The notes under the pieces are model-generated. The model worked only from the letters and a program-made list of their open reading frames with translations. It did not search any database and was not told the DNA's origin. 64,000 bases of DNA from a virus. Where the stretch lies: positions 46,244-110,243 of IMG/VR virus record IMGVR_UViG_3300010399_000033. One strand, given 5' to 3'. Of the stretch, positions 36,505 through 46,866 are shown piece by piece. Position numbers and translations under genes: made by a program. Within the stretch, counting starts at the first letter, position 1; each line of letters begins with the position of its first letter.

Positions 36505-38043
36505 ATGAAGATCGATGATCTGTACAGGGTCCTCGCGCGGGACGCCGATCCTTTGATTGCGGCAGGGCTGGCGCTTGTCTCGCCGGCCGGCCGTGTGCTT
36601 TTTTTGAAGCGCAGTGGAGCCAAGAAGTTCAACGGCGGAATGTGGTGTCTTCCGGGCGGGAAGGCCGAACGCGGCGAGACACCGGTGCATGCCGCCCTGC
36701 GCGAGACCGAGGAAGAAACCGGGTGGACGGCCGGTCCGGATGATAAGCCGCAACGCGCGGGCGCTGTACAGTACTATGAAGTGACCTACATCGTGTTTCG
36801 GCTAAATGTCGCCGAGGAGTTCGTTGCAGATCTGTCGGACGGCGAGCACACCGAGTATGCGTGGGCATCCCCCGACGATCCGCCGCAGCCGCTGCATCCG
36901 GGATTGGGCGAGGTGCTCCCGCAGCTGGCGGCAGACGAGGACTTCCGCGCCAGTCGCGACAAGATGGCGAACGCGGCACGCGATCTGATTGAGCGCAAGG
37001 TTGCAGCTCAGGATGCGAAGGGCGAGTCCGAGCACCGTATCGTGATCGAGTTCAATGGCGACTTCGCCATGGGTGAATTCATTCGTACCCTGCAAGCTTT
37101 GGGATCATGGGGCGCATCGCGCAATGTCGATATTTCTGTGGAGGATGTTGGAACACGCCAAGAGCTGGAGGGTAAGGGATTCCGGACCAAGTTTGGCTGG
37201 GACGGCGATGGTGCGGACAAGATCGTCTCTGCTGAGCTGGATGGACAAGACCTCCTCGCGATGGATGCGGACTTCGACGAAAGCAAGCATCCACGCGACC
37301 ACGGGAAGTTCTCGTCTACATCTGGTGGAAGCGGCGAGGAACCGACGCCGAAGGCCAAGAAGCAACAGGCAATCGATCCAGCCAAGATGAAGAAGGTCGG
37401 GTCGCAGATGGGCTCCAATCCCGGAGGAGTTTATGAGGATGCGGATGGGACCCGCTTCTACGTCAAGAAGGGCAAGTCTCCCGAGCATGTGAAGAACGAG
37501 CTTGCTGCGGCCGATCTCTACGCCCTCGCTGGATCCCCGACGCTGGAATACACGCCCACCACCAGCGGTGACTACATCGCGACCAAAATGTCGAAGCTCG
37601 ACAAGCCGCGCGCCGATCAGTTCTCCCCGGATGAAAAGAAGAAAGCGCAGGAAGACTTCGCCACGCATGCTTGGCTGGCAAATTGGGATGCAGCGGGACT
37701 TGACTTTGACAATGTTGGCACGGTTAGCGGAAAGCCGACGGCCCTTGATCTTGGCGGCGCGATGCTCTACCGCGGAATGGGTGCCCCCAAGGGCGACAAG
37801 TTCTCGGCGCAAGCTGGCGAGTGGGACAGCATGCGCAATTCGCAGGTCAACCCGCAAAACGCGAAGCTGTTTGGAGGCATGTCTCCGGAAGCTTTGAAGA
37901 AGTCAGCCAGCAAGGTCGCCAAGATTCCCGATGACGCGATCCGTTCTGTGGTTCAGAAACGCGGTCTTCCCGCAGCGGTGGCTGACAAGTTGATCTCGCG
38001 CAAGAACGATATTGCAAAACGTGCCGGACTTGGGAGTGTGTGA
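36505..38043 (+). CDS. Nudix hydrolase fused to a small middle domain and a PI3/4-kinase/HipA-like kinase domain
   Basis: Nudix box [23 protein letters not shown]; GSNPGG...FYVK...NE...WLANWD....DN...ALDLG. Confidence 0.8.
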   Translation: MKIDDLYRVLARDADPLIAAGLALVSPAGRVLFLKRSGAKKFNGGMWCLPGGKAERGETPVHAALRETEEETGWTAGPDDKPQRAGAVQYYEVTYIVFRLNVAEEFVADLSDGEHTEYAWASPDDPPQPLHPGLGEVLPQLAADEDFRASRDKMANAARDLIERKVAAQDAKGESEHRIVIEFNGDFAMGEFIRTLQALGSWGASRNVDISVEDVGTRQELEGKGFRTKFGWDGDGADKIVSAELDGQDLLAMDADFDESKHPRDHGKFSSTSGGSGEEPTPKAKKQQAIDPAKMKKVGSQMGSNPGGVYEDADGTRFYVKKGKSPEHVKNELAAADLYALAGSPTLEYTPTTSGDYIATKMSKLDKPRADQFSPDEKKKAQEDFATHAWLANWDAAGLDFDNVGTVSGKPTALDLGGAMLYRGMGAPKGDKFSAQAGEWDSMRNSQVNPQNAKLFGGMSPEALKKSASKVAKIPDDAIRSVVQKRGLPAAVADKLISRKNDIAKRAGLGSV

Positions 38044-39689
38044 TGGCTACCTTGGCGATGGATGAGGGCATGGCTCGGATCTTCCGTCGACCGAATGACC
38101 AACTGGCATTTGATCGGAAGTCGGTTCGCACGATTGATGCTGATGGGCGCCTGCATGTCAGTGTAGCCAATATCAGCAAGGCTTGCGTCAACCCGTACAT
38201 CGGACGTGAGATCCCCGGATGGAAGGAGCTTGGACTCGATTCGAGCAAGATCTATTACCTGCTGCGCGATCCCAAAGAGCTGGAAAAGGGCGCAGCCACA
38301 TTCAACAATCTGCCGCTGCTCGACGAGCATAAGCCAGTCACCGCCGACGATCATGACAAGGAAAGGACTGTGGGGTCGACTGGCACTGATGCGGTCTTCA
38401 ATTATCCGTATTTGCAGAACTCGTTGGTGGTGTGGACACGTGAGGCCATTCAGGGAGTCACGTCAAAGAAGCAGAGACAGCTATCGTCAGCATACCGCTA
38501 CAAACCTGACATGACGCCGGGTGTGTGGGAGCCGACTGGTGAGCGTTACGACGGCGTCATGCGCGATATCATCGGAAATCACGTCTGCCTCGTGGAGGAA
38601 GGGCGTGCAGGAGCCGACGTTGTGGTCGGCGATAGTGCAGAGGAGCTAGCCAAGATGGCGAAGGCAAGCAAGAAGGCGACTGCGACGCGGCTGGGCCTCA
38701 TGGCGTCGGCCACGATCGCGTACACGGCGCTGCCGTACACGCTCGCACAGGATGCGAAGCCGCTGACGGCCATGGATATCATGCCGTGCTTCAACGGCGT
38801 GACGGCGAAGAACTGGAAGGACAAGAAGCCCGAGGTGGCCAAGAAGCTGGCAGCGCTGCTCAAGCCGCGCTACAGCAATTACGCGCAGGACGAGGGCGCG
38901 ACTCCGGACGACGTGACATTGAAGCTGCTCGACATGCTCGATGGCGGCCAGCCCGATGCGATGGGTGAGTCGATCGACGAGTCGGTCAGTGAGCCGCAAC
39001 ACAATGCTATGGAAGCGGCGGCGGAAGGTCACTCGAACCTCGGAATTCCGCAGGAGACCGGCAAGGAATTCGTCAAGAAGGACGCGGCCAAAGATGAAGG
39101 CGGTGTCGAAGCGGAAATCCTCAAGTTTCTGTCTGACAAGCTCACCCCCGAGGATTTGGAGCTGATCAAGGGGATGTTGGCGAAGGAGGACGAGGCCGAG
39201 GAAGCGGCCGGCGGTGAGGGTGAAGGTGACCCTGTCGTCAATGAAAACCCCGACGAGGAGAAGGCTCAGGACGAGCCGCCGCCGTTCAAGGGACGTCCCA
39301 ATCCCGGCGGCGCGATGGACAATGAGGAGAAGGAGAAGGACATGGTCACGAAGACCGCGATGGATGCGGCTATCGAGGATGCGGTGAAGAAGGAGCGTGT
39401 TCGGCAGGGCAAGATCCGCGAGGCGTTCGATGCGGTCGCCCCGTATGTCGGCCGGCTGCAGATCGCGGCCGACTCCGCTGACGATGTGTACGGCGCTGCG
39501 CTCAAGAGCCTGGGCGAGGACATCAAGGACATCCCCCCGGCGGCGTTTCCGCATATTCTCAAGCATTACCCGCGTCTCGATGCCCGGCGCACCGGTACGC
39601 GTCAGATCGCGCAGGATAAGGCTGAGGGCGCGACCAAGTCTTACGGCGAGATGTTCCCGCAGGCGGGCCGCATCACGCGCGTGGGCTGA
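38040..39689 (+). CDS. DUF2213 head maturation (protease/scaffold) protein
   Basis: [41 protein letters not shown]; acidic scaffold-like C-terminal half. Confidence 0.88.
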   Translation: MMATLAMDEGMARIFRRPNDQLAFDRKSVRTIDADGRLHVSVANISKACVNPYIGREIPGWKELGLDSSKIYYLLRDPKELEKGAATFNNLPLLDEHKPVTADDHDKERTVGSTGTDAVFNYPYLQNSLVVWTREAIQGVTSKKQRQLSSAYRYKPDMTPGVWEPTGERYDGVMRDIIGNHVCLVEEGRAGADVVVGDSAEELAKMAKASKKATATRLGLMASATIAYTALPYTLAQDAKPLTAMDIMPCFNGVTAKNWKDKKPEVAKKLAALLKPRYSNYAQDEGATPDDVTLKLLDMLDGGQPDAMGESIDESVSEPQHNAMEAAAEGHSNLGIPQETGKEFVKKDAAKDEGGVEAEILKFLSDKLTPEDLELIKGMLAKEDEAEEAAGGEGEGDPVVNENPDEEKAQDEPPPFKGRPNPGGAMDNEEKEKDMVTKTAMDAAIEDAVKKERVRQGKIREAFDAVAPYVGRLQIAADSADDVYGAALKSLGEDIKDIPPAAFPHILKHYPRLDARRTGTRQIAQDKAEGATKSYGEMFPQAGRITRVG

Positions 39690-39739
39690 TCCGAACCTAT
39701 CCCGAAAAAGCCGTTCCATCGAAGAAAGGACCCAAACTC

Positions 39740-40762
39740 ATGGAACTGATCCGAAAGGCGCTGCTCAGCAGCTCCGATCCTCGGGCGATGGCGTTGTACA
39801 TGGCTGGCGGATTCCAGACCAGCGTGTCGACGCAGCCGGCCCCGGCTGTCGAAGGTGACTTCGCCTCGAACAACCCGTATTTCACTGTGGATGCGGGCCC
39901 GGGCGCGTTGGTTGCCGGCGCTTCTGGTGTCACCATCGGCCGGTTTGCCTGGATTGTGCCCCCGCACGACCCGGACGGGACCGCGTCGATTGTCAACAGC
40001 TTCGGCACCGGTCCGGTGGCGGGGTTCGTTCACCGCGAGCAGCAGGGCTTGATCACGGCATTCCTCGACAATGCCGAGATGACGATCCCGAAGGGCTTCC
40101 CCGTGACGCTTCACAACGGCGGCGACTTCTGGGTCAAGAACAACGGTACGACCCAGGCCCTCCCCGGCCAGAAGGCCTACGCGAACTACTCCAATGGAGC
40201 CGTTACCTTCGCCGCGACGGGGTCGCTCACCAACGCTACCGTTACCGGCTCGATCGGCCCGCAGTCTGCCACCATCACCGGCTCGATCTCGGGCGACGTT
40301 CTCACCGTCACCGCGGTGGTGGGCGCGACGCTCGTCCCGGGAGCCGTCCTGTCCGGCACCGGCGGTGGCGGTGTGGCGTCCGGAACCAAGATCACGTCGC
40401 AGATCTCGGGGACGGTTGGCGGTGTCGGCACCTACTACGTCGATCCCGGCAATCAGACGGTTACGTCGACCTCGATCACCGCTGCTTACGGACTGCTCAC
40501 CATCGCCTCGGTGTCCTCGGGCACTTTGGGTGTCGGTGACGTCCTGTCTGGCACCGGCGGCGGCGGCGTGACTTCCGGCACGTTCATCTCGGGCCTCGGC
40601 ACCGGCTCGGGCGGCACTGGCACATACTACGTGTCGCCGTCGCAGACTGTGGCTGTCGGCACTGTGATCACTGCCGGACTCAACGTCGAGACCAAGTGGA
40701 TCGCGATGTCCGCCGGTCTTGCTGGCGAGCTGGTCAAGATCTCGGATCACGCTAACGGCTAA
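39740..40762 (+). CDS. Capsid decoration/cement protein with two Ser/Thr/Gly-rich inserted modules
   Basis: [27 protein letters not shown]; lies between DUF2213 and the capsid gene. Confidence 0.8.
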   Translation: MELIRKALLSSSDPRAMALYMAGGFQTSVSTQPAPAVEGDFASNNPYFTVDAGPGALVAGASGVTIGRFAWIVPPHDPDGTASIVNSFGTGPVAGFVHREQQGLITAFLDNAEMTIPKGFPVTLHNGGDFWVKNNGTTQALPGQKAYANYSNGAVTFAATGSLTNATVTGSIGPQSATITGSISGDVLTVTAVVGATLVPGAVLSGTGGGGVASGTKITSQISGTVGGVGTYYVDPGNQTVTSTSITAAYGLLTIASVSSGTLGVGDVLSGTGGGGVTSGTFISGLGTGSGGTGTYYVSPSQTVAVGTVITAGLNVETKWIAMSAGLAGELVKISDHANG

Positions 40763-40832
40763 AAGCCGCTAGCTTTCTCTCCCTTCAATTTCTCCAACCT
40801 CCCGGCTGGGCCGGAACAAAGGAGCGATCCAA

Positions 40833-41948
40833 ATGAACCTTCAGGAAGCCAGGGACCTGTGGGAGGCTCACCGGCCCCTTCACGAGAGCCGCGGTGCATA
40901 CATGCGTGGCGTTCGGATGTATGTGCCCGACGAGTGGAAGCACAACTACGATCTCGCCTGTGACGCGATGCCTGAGTTGGCCATGGATGCGCAGGCGACG
41001 ATGCAGACCGATGCGAACTCGGCTGTGCCGCTGATCCTCACCACCATGATCGACCCGTCGGTGTTCAAGGTGCTGTTCGCACCCAACAGGGCGGCCGAGA
41101 TCTTCGGCGAGCAGCGCAAGGGGACATGGCTCGACGAGACCGCGATGTTCCCGCAGGTCGAGCACACCGGCGAGGTCTCCAGCTACGGAGACTTCAACAA
41201 CAACGGCCGTGCTGGCGTCAACACCAACTGGCCCCAACGCCAGAGCTATCTGTTCCAGGTGATCAAGAAGTACGGCGAGCGTGAGCTTGAGCGCGCCGGA
41301 CTCGCCCGCATCAACTGGGTCAGCGAGATCGACGAAGCTGCCGCGACCGTGATGAACAAGTTCAGCAACTACACCTATTTCTTCGGGGTGTTGGGGCTGC
41401 AGAATTACGGTCTGTTGAATGACCCTGGTCTGTCGGCGGCACTCACTCCGGCAACCAAGGCGGCCACCGGCACTGCATGGCTCAATGCTGCCGGAATTCC
41501 TGTCGCCACCGCGAATGAAATCTATGCCGACATCCAGGCCATGTTTTGGCAGATGCAGGTACAGACCGCGGGCCTGGTCACCGCCGAAGACAAGATCGTC
41601 CTGGCGATGGCTCCGACCACCAGCGTGGCGCTGAAGACCACCAACAGCTTCAACGTCAACGTCTACGACTTGCTGAAGAAAAACTTCCCCAATATCCGCT
41701 TTGAGACGGCGGTGCAGTACGGGGCGCAGACGGCCGGCAATCCGCAGGGAGTTGCGGCCGGCAACATGGTGCAGATGTTCGTGGAGTCCATCGAAGGACA
41801 GGACACGGGCTACTGCGCCTTCAACGAGAAGGCACGCTCGCACCCGATCATCCGGCAAGTTTCCTCCTTCGAGCAGAAGCAGACGGCCGGAACGTGGGGA
41901 GCGATCATCCGTATGCCGTTCGCCCTGGTCCAGATGATCGGCGTTTGA
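40833..41948 (+). CDS. Major capsid protein (DUF2184-like)
   Basis: KGTW, GEVSSYGDF, RQSYLFQ...YGERELE, NYGLLNDP; gene position. Confidence 0.88.
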   Translation: MNLQEARDLWEAHRPLHESRGAYMRGVRMYVPDEWKHNYDLACDAMPELAMDAQATMQTDANSAVPLILTTMIDPSVFKVLFAPNRAAEIFGEQRKGTWLDETAMFPQVEHTGEVSSYGDFNNNGRAGVNTNWPQRQSYLFQVIKKYGERELERAGLARINWVSEIDEAAATVMNKFSNYTYFFGVLGLQNYGLLNDPGLSAALTPATKAATGTAWLNAAGIPVATANEIYADIQAMFWQMQVQTAGLVTAEDKIVLAMAPTTSVALKTTNSFNVNVYDLLKKNFPNIRFETAVQYGAQTAGNPQGVAAGNMVQMFVESIEGQDTGYCAFNEKARSHPIIRQVSSFEQKQTAGTWGAIIRMPFALVQMIGV

Positions 41949-41965
41949 TCATCTGGATTGACGCT

Positions 41966-42010
41966 CCCGCAGTGCGGGTAAGACCCGCCTGCGGGTGAAA
42001 CCTTTTCTTT
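41966..42010 (+). terminator. Putative intrinsic terminator after the capsid gene
   Basis: CCCGCAGTGCGGGT-AAG-ACCCGCCTGCGGG stem followed by TTTTCTTT. Confidence 0.5.
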
Positions 42011-42025
42011 GGAGCAGTGACTACA

Positions 42026-42514
42026 ATGACTGAGCGAGTTCGTACCCGACTCAACGCGCCGTCCGGCACCGTGACCGTGGCCTGCAAGCTTCCGCACGGC
42101 TTTGTGCTCAAGGTTTATGACATGGTCGAGACCAATGAGGTCGCGCCGCAGGGCTACAAAACTGTCAAGGTGGCGCAACAGCGTGGCGAGCCTATCACCA
42201 TCAATGGATGGTGGTCGGATCACCAGAAGCAGCAGGCGCGGCGCCGCACCAAGACGCCGCCGATCGCGATGGAGGGTGGATACGCCCTTACGCACAATGT
42301 TCCCGAGGACGTCTGGAACAAGTGGCTGGAGGACAATAAGAGCAGCGACCTGGTCAAGAAGCGCCTTGTGTTCGCGGCGACCACGGCCGACCGTGTGGAT
42401 GGTATGATCGACGACAATGCACAGACCATGAGCGGACTGGAGCCGATCGACCCCGACAAGCCGCCGACTGACGTCCGCCGTGTCCAGCCCGCGAGCGAGG
42501 ACGCTCGTCCGTAA
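42026..42514 (+). CDS. Conserved head-module protein
   Basis: VTVACKLPHG, GYALT.NVP...W..WL, SGLEPIDP. Confidence 0.7.
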   Translation: MTERVRTRLNAPSGTVTVACKLPHGFVLKVYDMVETNEVAPQGYKTVKVAQQRGEPITINGWWSDHQKQQARRRTKTPPIAMEGGYALTHNVPEDVWNKWLEDNKSSDLVKKRLVFAATTADRVDGMIDDNAQTMSGLEPIDPDKPPTDVRRVQPASEDARP

Positions 42515-42532
42515 AAGGAAAGGGATGGTCCG

Positions 42533-42943
42533 ATGGCTGGCCCCGTCACATTCGACTTCACCGCGTGGACAACGCTCTATCCGGAGTTCGCGTCGGTGAG
42601 TCCTGTGCTCGCGCAAAGCTACTTCAACCGGGCGACGCTGTACTGCCGGAATGACGGCCGGCACCCAGCGTCGACCGACGCCATCCTGAGCGAGCTGCTC
42701 TACATGCTGACTTCGCACATCGCCAAGATGAGCGCGCCGGCTGGAGGGCAGGCGCCCACGCTGACTGGACGTGTGTCCTCGGTCAGCGAGGGTTCGGTGT
42801 CGATCTCGACTGAGCTGCCGATGCAAGCAAATGCCGCGTGGTTCCAGCAGACGACATATGGCTTCAACTACTGGACTGCGACGGCGCAGTACCGCACCAT
42901 GCACTATGTGCCGGGGATCCGCCGCGTATTCTTCCCTGGCTGA
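42533..42943 (+). CDS. DUF4054 head-tail adaptor-like protein
   Basis: YPEF, LY.LTSHIA, GRVSS.SEGSVS, WFQQT.YG..YW. Confidence 0.85.
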   Translation: MAGPVTFDFTAWTTLYPEFASVSPVLAQSYFNRATLYCRNDGRHPASTDAILSELLYMLTSHIAKMSAPAGGQAPTLTGRVSSVSEGSVSISTELPMQANAAWFQQTTYGFNYWTATAQYRTMHYVPGIRRVFFPG

Positions 42944-42986
42944 TATATGATCCTGACGTGAGAAGCAGGATTAACAAAGGAGCGTT

Positions 42987-43916
42987 TTGATGTGGGGACC
43001 CGACGATATCCCTCCGCAGCGCCCCGAACACGAGGGAATGCCGGTGACGTATAAAGCGGATGGAAACGGATTGGTGCATGAGGTTCCGGCTGCGAGGACT
43101 GCGGCGCATGGGCCGGGGGCCGCTACGTATAATAATCTCTACATCGGCGAGAAGGAATCCGACCGACTGGTGCCTCGCGACGCGCCGCCCGTGCGGAATG
43201 TCGACGGTGTCTCGGTGGAGTTGCGCGGAACCGTGTTCGTTCCGGATCATAGGTCAGCTTCTGGAATGCGTCTGCGCGAAATGAGCACGCCGGTTACAGC
43301 GGAGGAGCTGGCTGACATTGTGGCGCATGACACGCTGAGCGGCGGCGAGCTGACCGAGGACGATCTGCTTCGGGGACTGGAGGATCTGTATCCACGTGTC
43401 GACGACCCGCTTCTGGAGGGGGCTATCGAGGCGCTGCGACAGGGCCCCATCCATATCGAGATGAAGCATGATGAGCGCCAGTGGCAGTGGCTGCCGACTT
43501 TGGCGGAGCTGGTCGACTGCATGGTGATCTGCCGACTGAAGGCGGTTTTCGTCGAGGGCAGCAAAGATGCCTATGAGCGCGAGATCGCCGACATCCGCCA
43601 TGACATCGATCTGATCCTCGACCAGAAGTCCGGCAATGGCTTTGTGTTTGGCGCCGAGGCGATTCATGCGGCGGTGGTCATCACGTTGGCCAACCGCTAC
43701 ATCTGGGAGAATGAGGCGAAGGCGCGGGCCGGCGGCTCCGAGCAGGACCACCTGCTCAAGCTGACACACAGCATCAATGGCGTGCGCAATACCGCCAAGA
43801 ATGTGCTGTCGAAGCTTGCTGGCGACCGTATCGACCTCAAGATCGACTGTTTCGCCGCCGACCTTGCGGCTGAGTTCGGCAACTGGAATATTTTTGGATC
43901 GACAGGGGCGGCCTGA
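42987..43916 (+). CDS. Protein with a C-terminal DUF4254/DUF6165-like helical domain
   Basis: TLAELVD...I..LK...LANRYIWENE...N..RN..KN. Confidence 0.55.
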   Translation: MMWGPDDIPPQRPEHEGMPVTYKADGNGLVHEVPAARTAAHGPGAATYNNLYIGEKESDRLVPRDAPPVRNVDGVSVELRGTVFVPDHRSASGMRLREMSTPVTAEELADIVAHDTLSGGELTEDDLLRGLEDLYPRVDDPLLEGAIEALRQGPIHIEMKHDERQWQWLPTLAELVDCMVICRLKAVFVEGSKDAYEREIADIRHDIDLILDQKSGNGFVFGAEAIHAAVVITLANRYIWENEAKARAGGSEQDHLLKLTHSINGVRNTAKNVLSKLAGDRIDLKIDCFAADLAAEFGNWNIFGSTGAA

Positions 43917-43995
43917 TTCTCCTTGGGCGGTTGAACGTTGGTGCGCCGCCTACGTTTCGGAAAAGCACCAACTTTTATTCGGAGCTAGAACCCGG

Positions 43996-44148
43996 ATGAG
44001 TGACCTGAACGATAAAGTCAATAAGCTGATCGACAAAGCGGTCTCCGCCTCCAAGTCGGAGGACGCTTTGCGGTTTTCTCAAGCGGCATTGAATGCGGCG
44101 CACACCAAGCACGCGCTTGACACGCTATATCCGCCGAAGCAAAGCTGA
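43996..44148 (+). CDS. Small hypothetical protein
   Basis: GGAG RBS; DALRFSQAALNAAH. Confidence 0.55.
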   Translation: MSDLNDKVNKLIDKAVSASKSEDALRFSQAALNAAHTKHALDTLYPPKQS

Positions 44149-44167
44149 AACAAAAGGAGTTGTTGGG

Positions 44168-44395
44168 ATGCCTGCAGCACAAGCCCTCGCCAATCGCGTT
44201 CAGAAGACGCTCGCTGTCGTCGCCGCCACGAGCGGCGCTCCCGTGGTCGCAACCCTGGACGCGATGGCCGTGAACGACCTCGTTCGCTTTGGCTATGCGA
44301 CCCGCGTGTGGGATGGACGGCAGTACGTCGTCTATCCGACGGCTGCGGGGAATGCCGCGGCTGGTTTTGCAGGCATCCCACGCCCCGGGCGGTGA
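44168..44395 (+). CDS. Small hypothetical protein
   Basis: AAGGAG RBS. Confidence 0.5.
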   Translation: MPAAQALANRVQKTLAVVAATSGAPVVATLDAMAVNDLVRFGYATRVWDGRQYVVYPTAAGNAAAGFAGIPRPGR

Positions 44396-44471
44396 GTAGC
44401 TCACGCCATGCCGTCTATATGATGTAGATTGACGGCGGCAGGCGCCGCTACCATAGCGAAAGGGTAGGAAG

Positions 44472-44861
44472 ATGACGAAGAAGCGTTCCGGAGATCCGGT
44501 TGACGTCTACGTGGGCAAGCAGATCAGCATCGCCCGCAAGATGTCCGGCCTGTCCCAGACGGACCTGGGCGCCGCGCTGAGCGTCACGTTCCAGCAGATC
44601 CAGAAGTACGAGAAGGGATCGAACCGATGCGCACCGGGCCGCCTGGTCGTCGTGGCGCATAAGCTGGGTCAGCCGGTCACATTCTTCCTGCCCGAGGATA
44701 TTCGGCAGATCGTGGCACAGCCCAATCTGCTGACCGACATGATGACGACGCATCATGGTTTCAACATCGCGCGCGACTTTGCGCGAGTGCCGGAGGCCAA
44801 GCGTGAGCCGTTGGCGCGGGCGTTCTCGACGATCGTCGACGCCATGTTGAGCGTGGCCTGA
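44472..44861 (+). CDS. XRE-family transcriptional regulator, alphaproteobacterial type
   Basis: DPVDVYVG....AR...GLSQTDLG.AL.VTFQQIQKYEKGSNR. Confidence 0.9.
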   Translation: MTKKRSGDPVDVYVGKQISIARKMSGLSQTDLGAALSVTFQQIQKYEKGSNRCAPGRLVVVAHKLGQPVTFFLPEDIRQIVAQPNLLTDMMTTHHGFNIARDFARVPEAKREPLARAFSTIVDAMLSVA

Positions 44862-45145
44862 TCTTCGGGACGAAGCTACCAAAAACCAGCAGCGGAGGTT
44901 GTCCAGATGAGTATGGCCTAATCCACATGCGATAAAAATGGTTGATGAGCTATAAAAAGTTGAGAACTTGTGAACGAAACTGGGGCTTATGCGTCACCTG
45001 CGTGTCGATCTTCAAAAACGCTAGCTTCCGGTCCGAATCCTGCGGCGTGACCGCGGGACGGATTGAAGATAGGTCTGGGTTTTTGCTGATGAGTGGTGAG
45101 CGAGGCTGGGCGGCTACCCAGCCATAAAATTCAGGAACTTGATCA

Positions 45146-45445
45146 ATGAGCCATGCGGCGACCTCGATCCTCTCTCTGCCTGTGCATATGAGCGCGCATC
45201 TGATCCACAATGAGCACAAGATGAGCTACGGAACAGTAGCGGATTCGGTAGCGATGCAGGAGCATGGTTACGCAGACGACGCGTGGGTCAGTCCGGAGCA
45301 GCGCCAAAAGGCGATCGATAGCAACGAGTGCTGGTCGCTTCAGTGGTATCCCAAAAACCCGGACGGGTTTCACATCCGATCGGCGGCCGATCTGGATGTG
45401 CTGCTGTCGGATGCGCTTATGTTGGAAATGCAGCAGAACACATGA
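45146..45445 (+). CDS. Hypothetical phage protein
   Basis: WVSPEQRQKAI..NE.WSLQWYP motif. Confidence 0.65.
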   Translation: MSHAATSILSLPVHMSAHLIHNEHKMSYGTVADSVAMQEHGYADDAWVSPEQRQKAIDSNECWSLQWYPKNPDGFHIRSAADLDVLLSDALMLEMQQNT

Positions 45446-45647
45446 GCCACGTGATCCCAATACTCGAGCATGTGAAGCTCCATCTTGGGATGCCATGGTC
45501 AATGCTGCCAACAGCAGCGCAGAAACATTTCAAAGATCTGTGCACCGAGATTCATTTTTACGATGGGGGTCGCGTTGTGAAGAATCACGGTGAGTGGGGC
45601 CCTTGTGATCAGGGCCGATCCGATGAGGCCGTGGGGTTCCTGGGGAG

Positions 45648-46289
45648 ATGATCACCAATCACACACCTGGGTCACTGAAGGCATTCGAGCAGCGGGTTGC
45701 CGAGGCGTTCAACGCCGGCAAGATCCGAGCGCCGGTGCATCTGTCCGGCGGCAATGAGCATGAGCTGATCGAGATTTTCAGACAGGTGCGGTCCGATGAC
45801 TGGGTGTGCGGCGCGTGGCGCATGCATTATCAGTGCCTGCTCAAGGGCGTGCCCGAGGACAAGCTGTTCGATGACATCGTCGCCGGCAAGTCGATCGCGC
45901 TGTGCTATCCCGAGTATCGCGTGATCTCGTCGGCGATTGTCGGCGGCATTCTGCCGATCGCTGTTGGCCTTGCTATGGCGATCGTTCGCAAGGCGCGCGA
46001 GGCGCCATTGCGTCAGGCGACCCCGTCGGTTTCACCCGAACCGCGCGAGCCTGTTGTGTGGGCCTTCTGCGGTGACATGACTGCTCGCACCGGGATCTAC
46101 CATGAGTGCTTGCAGTATGCCGTCGGCCATTCGCTGCCGATCCGCTTCGTGACCGAGGACAATCGCAAATCGGTCTGTACCCCAACTGCGGATGTGTGGG
46201 GACATGGACACGCTTTCCCGCTGGAGTCCCGCTACCGCTATGAGCTTCCGTGGCCTCATGCAGGAGCGGGAAAGCGTGTCCAGTTCTGA
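45648..46289 (+). CDS. TPP-dependent enzyme, E1-alpha-like subunit (shortened)
   Basis: PVHLSGGNE, WR.HY..LLKG, SAIVGG..PIAVG, GDM...EDN (variant GDG..N motif). Confidence 0.85.
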   Translation: MITNHTPGSLKAFEQRVAEAFNAGKIRAPVHLSGGNEHELIEIFRQVRSDDWVCGAWRMHYQCLLKGVPEDKLFDDIVAGKSIALCYPEYRVISSAIVGGILPIAVGLAMAIVRKAREAPLRQATPSVSPEPREPVVWAFCGDMTARTGIYHECLQYAVGHSLPIRFVTEDNRKSVCTPTADVWGHGHAFPLESRYRYELPWPHAGAGKRVQF

Positions 46290-46476
46290 CATCCATCCTC
46301 TGCTGCGTTCTCGGAAGTTTCATCCGCTACGCCTGATCTTGGTTGCCATGTGCTTGGCTTCTGGGGCGCTCGACGTGCTTTACCCACATCCAAGTATTGG
46401 TTTGCGAGACTCGCGTTCTCAGCTCTGGTATGTAGTTGACAGGACCCACAAGGGCCGACCAATTGGACGTGAGGCG

Positions 46477-46866
46477 ATGATGTCAACTGTTCATGTACTT
46501 CCATCCGCTGCAATGGAGCTGTTGCGCGCTCTGTTCTTTCATGGCCCGACGGCTGATGGTGATCTCGTTTCCAAGCCCGCGCGCACCAGGATGGTCGAGA
46601 TGGGCTATGTCGTGCGCGACAACGGATGGAACACGTTGACGCAAAGCGGGCTGGCGCTTTCTCTCAGCTTTGGCTACGACCGCGAAAAGGAGAAGTGGGA
46701 CCGTGCTCGACGGGAACTTTCATACCGGCAGCACCGCGCATATTCCGCATTGGGCACTGCGCTCTGCATGCTCCTGACGGACGGCGAGGCATCGGACTCG
46801 GTGCGTGCCATGGGCACCGAAACACTGGATAAGATCTTTCGGCATGAGAAGGCGTCCGGAGCATGA
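46477..46866 (+). CDS. Hypothetical protein inserted between the TPP subunits
   Basis: GAGG RBS; ATGA overlap with the beta subunit. Confidence 0.55.
   Translation: MMSTVHVLPSAAMELLRALFFHGPTADGDLVSKPARTRMVEMGYVVRDNGWNTLTQSGLALSLSFGYDREKEKWDRARRELSYRQHRAYSALGTALCMLLTDGEASDSVRAMGTETLDKIFRHEKASGA

Noticed and set aside
38646-41858. Long antisense ORFs opposite the head genes (and similar ones elsewhere)
   Set aside because: Expected shadow ORFs of high-GC coding sequence, with no motifs or RBS.
44941-44985. Hammerhead ribozyme (TGATGAG...CGAAAC)
   Set aside because: The core begins with T rather than C, and convincing stems II and III could not be built.
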